From an uncultured Pelagibacteraceae bacterium (GTDB lineage Bacteria; Pseudomonadota; Alphaproteobacteria; Pelagibacterales; Pelagibacteraceae), in NCBI GenBank assembly GCA_902528545.1, contig CABZTB010000003.1, positions 47,433 through 79,432 of the forward strand: DNA of 32,000 bases. The letters are read 5' to 3'. Position numbers and translations under genes: made by a program. Every line of letters starts with the position of its first letter. Position 1 is the stretch's first letter. Positions 30,026 to 32,000 of this stretch are shown piece by piece. The notes beneath the pieces are model-generated. The model ran no database searches. It saw only the letters and a list, made by a program, of their open reading frames with translations, and had not been told where the DNA came from.

Positions 30026-30393
30026 TGATACAAGTCCAAACAGAATTAAATGTAGCTGATAACACTGGGGCAAAGAAAATTGAGTGTATTAAAGTCTTAG
30101 GTGGATCGAAAAGAAGATATGCAAGTATAGGGGATACGATAGTGATTGCAGTAAAAGAAGCAATTCCCAAGGGAAAAGTAAAAAAAGGATCAGTTCATAA
30201 AGCAGTGGTGGTAAGAGTAAAAAAAGGAATTCATCGGGATGACGGATCAAAAGTAAAATTTGACAATAATGCTGCTGTACTTGTTGATGACAAAGGTGAA
30301 CCAGTTGGAACTAGGATTTTTGGTCCAGTGACTAGAGAATTAAGAAATAAAGGACAAATGAAAATAATCTCATTAGCCCCAGAGGTTTTGTAA
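30025..30393 (+). CDS. rplN: 50S ribosomal protein L14
   Basis: [33 protein letters not shown]. Confidence 0.99.
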   Translation: MIQVQTELNVADNTGAKKIECIKVLGGSKRRYASIGDTIVIAVKEAIPKGKVKKGSVHKAVVVRVKKGIHRDDGSKVKFDNNAAVLVDDKGEPVGTRIFGPVTRELRNKGQMKIISLAPEVL

Positions 30394-30641
30394 TGATTAA
30401 AAAAGGTTTAAAAGTTCGTATTTTATCAGGCAGAGATAAAAAAAAAGAAGGTGAAGTAATTGAAATTGATAGACCAAACAATAGAGCAAAAGTTAAAGAT
30501 ATTAATATGGTAAAGAGACACGTAAAAACAACTAAGGAAAAAAAAGGTGGAATTTTTTCAAAGGAAAGTTTTATTCATTTATCAAATTTAAAACTAATTG
30601 ATGAAAAAACAAAAACTAAAAAAACTGAGGCTAAAAAATAA
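30393..30641 (+). CDS. rplX: 50S ribosomal protein L24
   Basis: [24 protein letters not shown] (KOW). Confidence 0.96.
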   Translation: MIKKGLKVRILSGRDKKKEGEVIEIDRPNNRAKVKDINMVKRHVKTTKEKKGGIFSKESFIHLSNLKLIDEKTKTKKTEAKK

Positions 30642-31195
30642 TGACTCCGAGATTAAAAGAACTTTATTATAAAGAAATACAACCTGCATTAAAATCTCAA
30701 TTTGGTTTTAAAAATCTATACATGGGTCCAAAAATTGAAAAAATTGTCTTAAATATGGGCTTAGGCTTAGATGGAAATGATTCAAAAATATTAAAGTCTT
30801 GTGAGGAGGATTTAGCAAAGATAACAGGTCAAAAACCTGTAATTACCAAATTTAAAAAATCAGTTGCAAATTTTAAAACAAGAAAAGGGTCAAATGCTGG
30901 CTTAAAGGTAACACTTAGAAAAGATAAAATGTATGAATTTTTAGATAGACTTGTAAATATAGCTTTGCCAAGAATTAAAGATTTTAGAGGCCTGTCTGCC
31001 AATGGTTTTGATAAATTTGGAAATTACACGTTTGGTGTAAAAGAACATATCATATTTCCTGAAGTAAGTTTTGATCGTGCTGATAAGGTTCGTGGTATTG
31101 ATATTGTGATTGTAATATCAGCTAAAAGCAAAGAGCATAGTTTTGCTCTTTTAGAAAAATTGAATTTTCCATTTATTAAAAAAGGAGAGAACTAA
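30641..31195 (+). CDS. rplE: 50S ribosomal protein L5
   Basis: [17 protein letters not shown]...[21 protein letters not shown]. Confidence 0.98.
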   Translation: MTPRLKELYYKEIQPALKSQFGFKNLYMGPKIEKIVLNMGLGLDGNDSKILKSCEEDLAKITGQKPVITKFKKSVANFKTRKGSNAGLKVTLRKDKMYEFLDRLVNIALPRIKDFRGLSANGFDKFGNYTFGVKEHIIFPEVSFDRADKVRGIDIVIVISAKSKEHSFALLEKLNFPFIKKGEN

Positions 31196-31196
31196 A

Positions 31197-31502
31197 ATGG
31201 CTAAATTAAGCTCAATAAATAAAAACAATAAAAGAATAAAATTATCTGACAGATTATTCAAAAAAAGACAAAAGTTAAAAAAGATTGTTATGAATAAAAA
31301 GCTTCCTTTAGAGGAAAGATTTAAAGCACAACAAAAATTATCAAAATTACCTAGAAACTCTGCGAAAGTGAGAGTGATGAATAGATGCCAGATCACAGGA
31401 AGACCTCATGGAGTTTATAGAAAATTGAAAATATCTAGAATTGCATTGAGACAATTAGGTTTGCAAGGAAAGATACCAGGTTTAGTTAAATCAAGTTGGT
31501 AG
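31197..31502 (+). CDS. rpsN: 30S ribosomal protein S14
   Basis: [40 protein letters not shown]. Confidence 0.98.
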   Translation: MAKLSSINKNNKRIKLSDRLFKKRQKLKKIVMNKKLPLEERFKAQQKLSKLPRNSAKVRVMNRCQITGRPHGVYRKLKISRIALRQLGLQGKIPGLVKSSW

Positions 31503-31512
31503 AAAGGAAAAT

Positions 31513-31908
31513 ATGAGTTTAAGTGATCCAATTGGAGATATGATAGCAAGAATAAAAAATGCTCAAGATAGAAGCCATAAGAAAGTTGAATTACCTTCTT
31601 CAAATTTTAAAACTAAGATTGCTGATATTTTAAAGAATGAAGGTTTTATAAAAGATTTCAAAGTTAACAAAGAAAATAATAAATCTTTATTATCTCTAGA
31701 GCTTAAATATCATTCGGGAAACCCGGTTATAAGTACTTTTGAGAGAGTTTCTAAACCAGGGAGAAGAATATTTTCTAGTGCAGAAAGTTTACCAAAAATA
31801 AATAATGGTTTGGGTATAGCAATTGTATCAACCCCCAAAGGTGTCATGACCGATATTGATGCAAGAAAGCAAAGAGTGGGTGGAGAAATAATTTGTAAGG
31901 TATTTTAA
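31513..31908 (+). CDS. rpsH: 30S ribosomal protein S8
   Basis: SDPIGDMIARIKNAQ...STPKGVMTDIDARKQRVGGEIICKVF. Confidence 0.98.
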   Translation: MSLSDPIGDMIARIKNAQDRSHKKVELPSSNFKTKIADILKNEGFIKDFKVNKENNKSLLSLELKYHSGNPVISTFERVSKPGRRIFSSAESLPKINNGLGIAIVSTPKGVMTDIDARKQRVGGEIICKVF

Positions 31909-32000
31909 TGTCTAAAATTGGTAAAATTAATATTTCAATCCCTGAAAAAGTCAAAGTTGCTTTGGCTGGTAATATGTTGAACATAGAAGGGCCTTCGGGG
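31908..32000 (+). CDS. rplF: 50S ribosomal protein L6, N-terminal part (runs off the window)
   Basis: ATG at 31908 overlapping the rpsH stop: MSKIGKINISIPEKVKVALAGNMLNIEGPSG. Confidence 0.93.
   Translation, partial: MSKIGKINISIPEKVKVALAGNMLNIEGPSG

Overview
The window reads as a low-GC alphaproteobacterial chromosome, Pelagibacterales/SAR11-like by gene order and protein sequence (inference). Bases ~8.4-32 kb are ordinary housekeeping DNA: rlmB, tRNA-Thr/Tyr/Gly/Trp, tuf, secE-nusG-rplKAJL-rpoBC, rpsL-rpsG-fusA and the S10/spc ribosomal operon up to the start of rplF. The unusual part is ~1.7-7.6 kb, next to tRNA-Leu(UAA). The tRNA promoter plus 5' half (through the anticodon loop) is duplicated at 3383-3501 and 7427-7546, bounding a ~4,045-bp island with no recombinase gene. 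The island encodes a membrane protein with an inserted soluble domain, a GNAT-family protein, and a zinc-finger/VSR-like nuclease/HTH protein. A second, older-looking cassette carrying a lone DUF4268/PD-(D/E)XK-like gene is stacked directly to its left. The most striking signal is four terminal sites (2356, 3360, 3625, 7402) with a fixed skeleton, including AGATAAA exactly 24 nt downstream in all four. In each site the inner 20 bp, a direct repeat of 11-nt period, differs between the two elements but is identical at the two ends of the same element (CTCGGATCATTCTCGGATCT twice; AACTAGTAGCAAACTAGTAG twice). I interpret these as small, integrase-less, tRNA-targeting cargo elements, possibly defence-related, with element-specific recombination arm sites. 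The sequence facts are direct; mobility and defence functions are inference.
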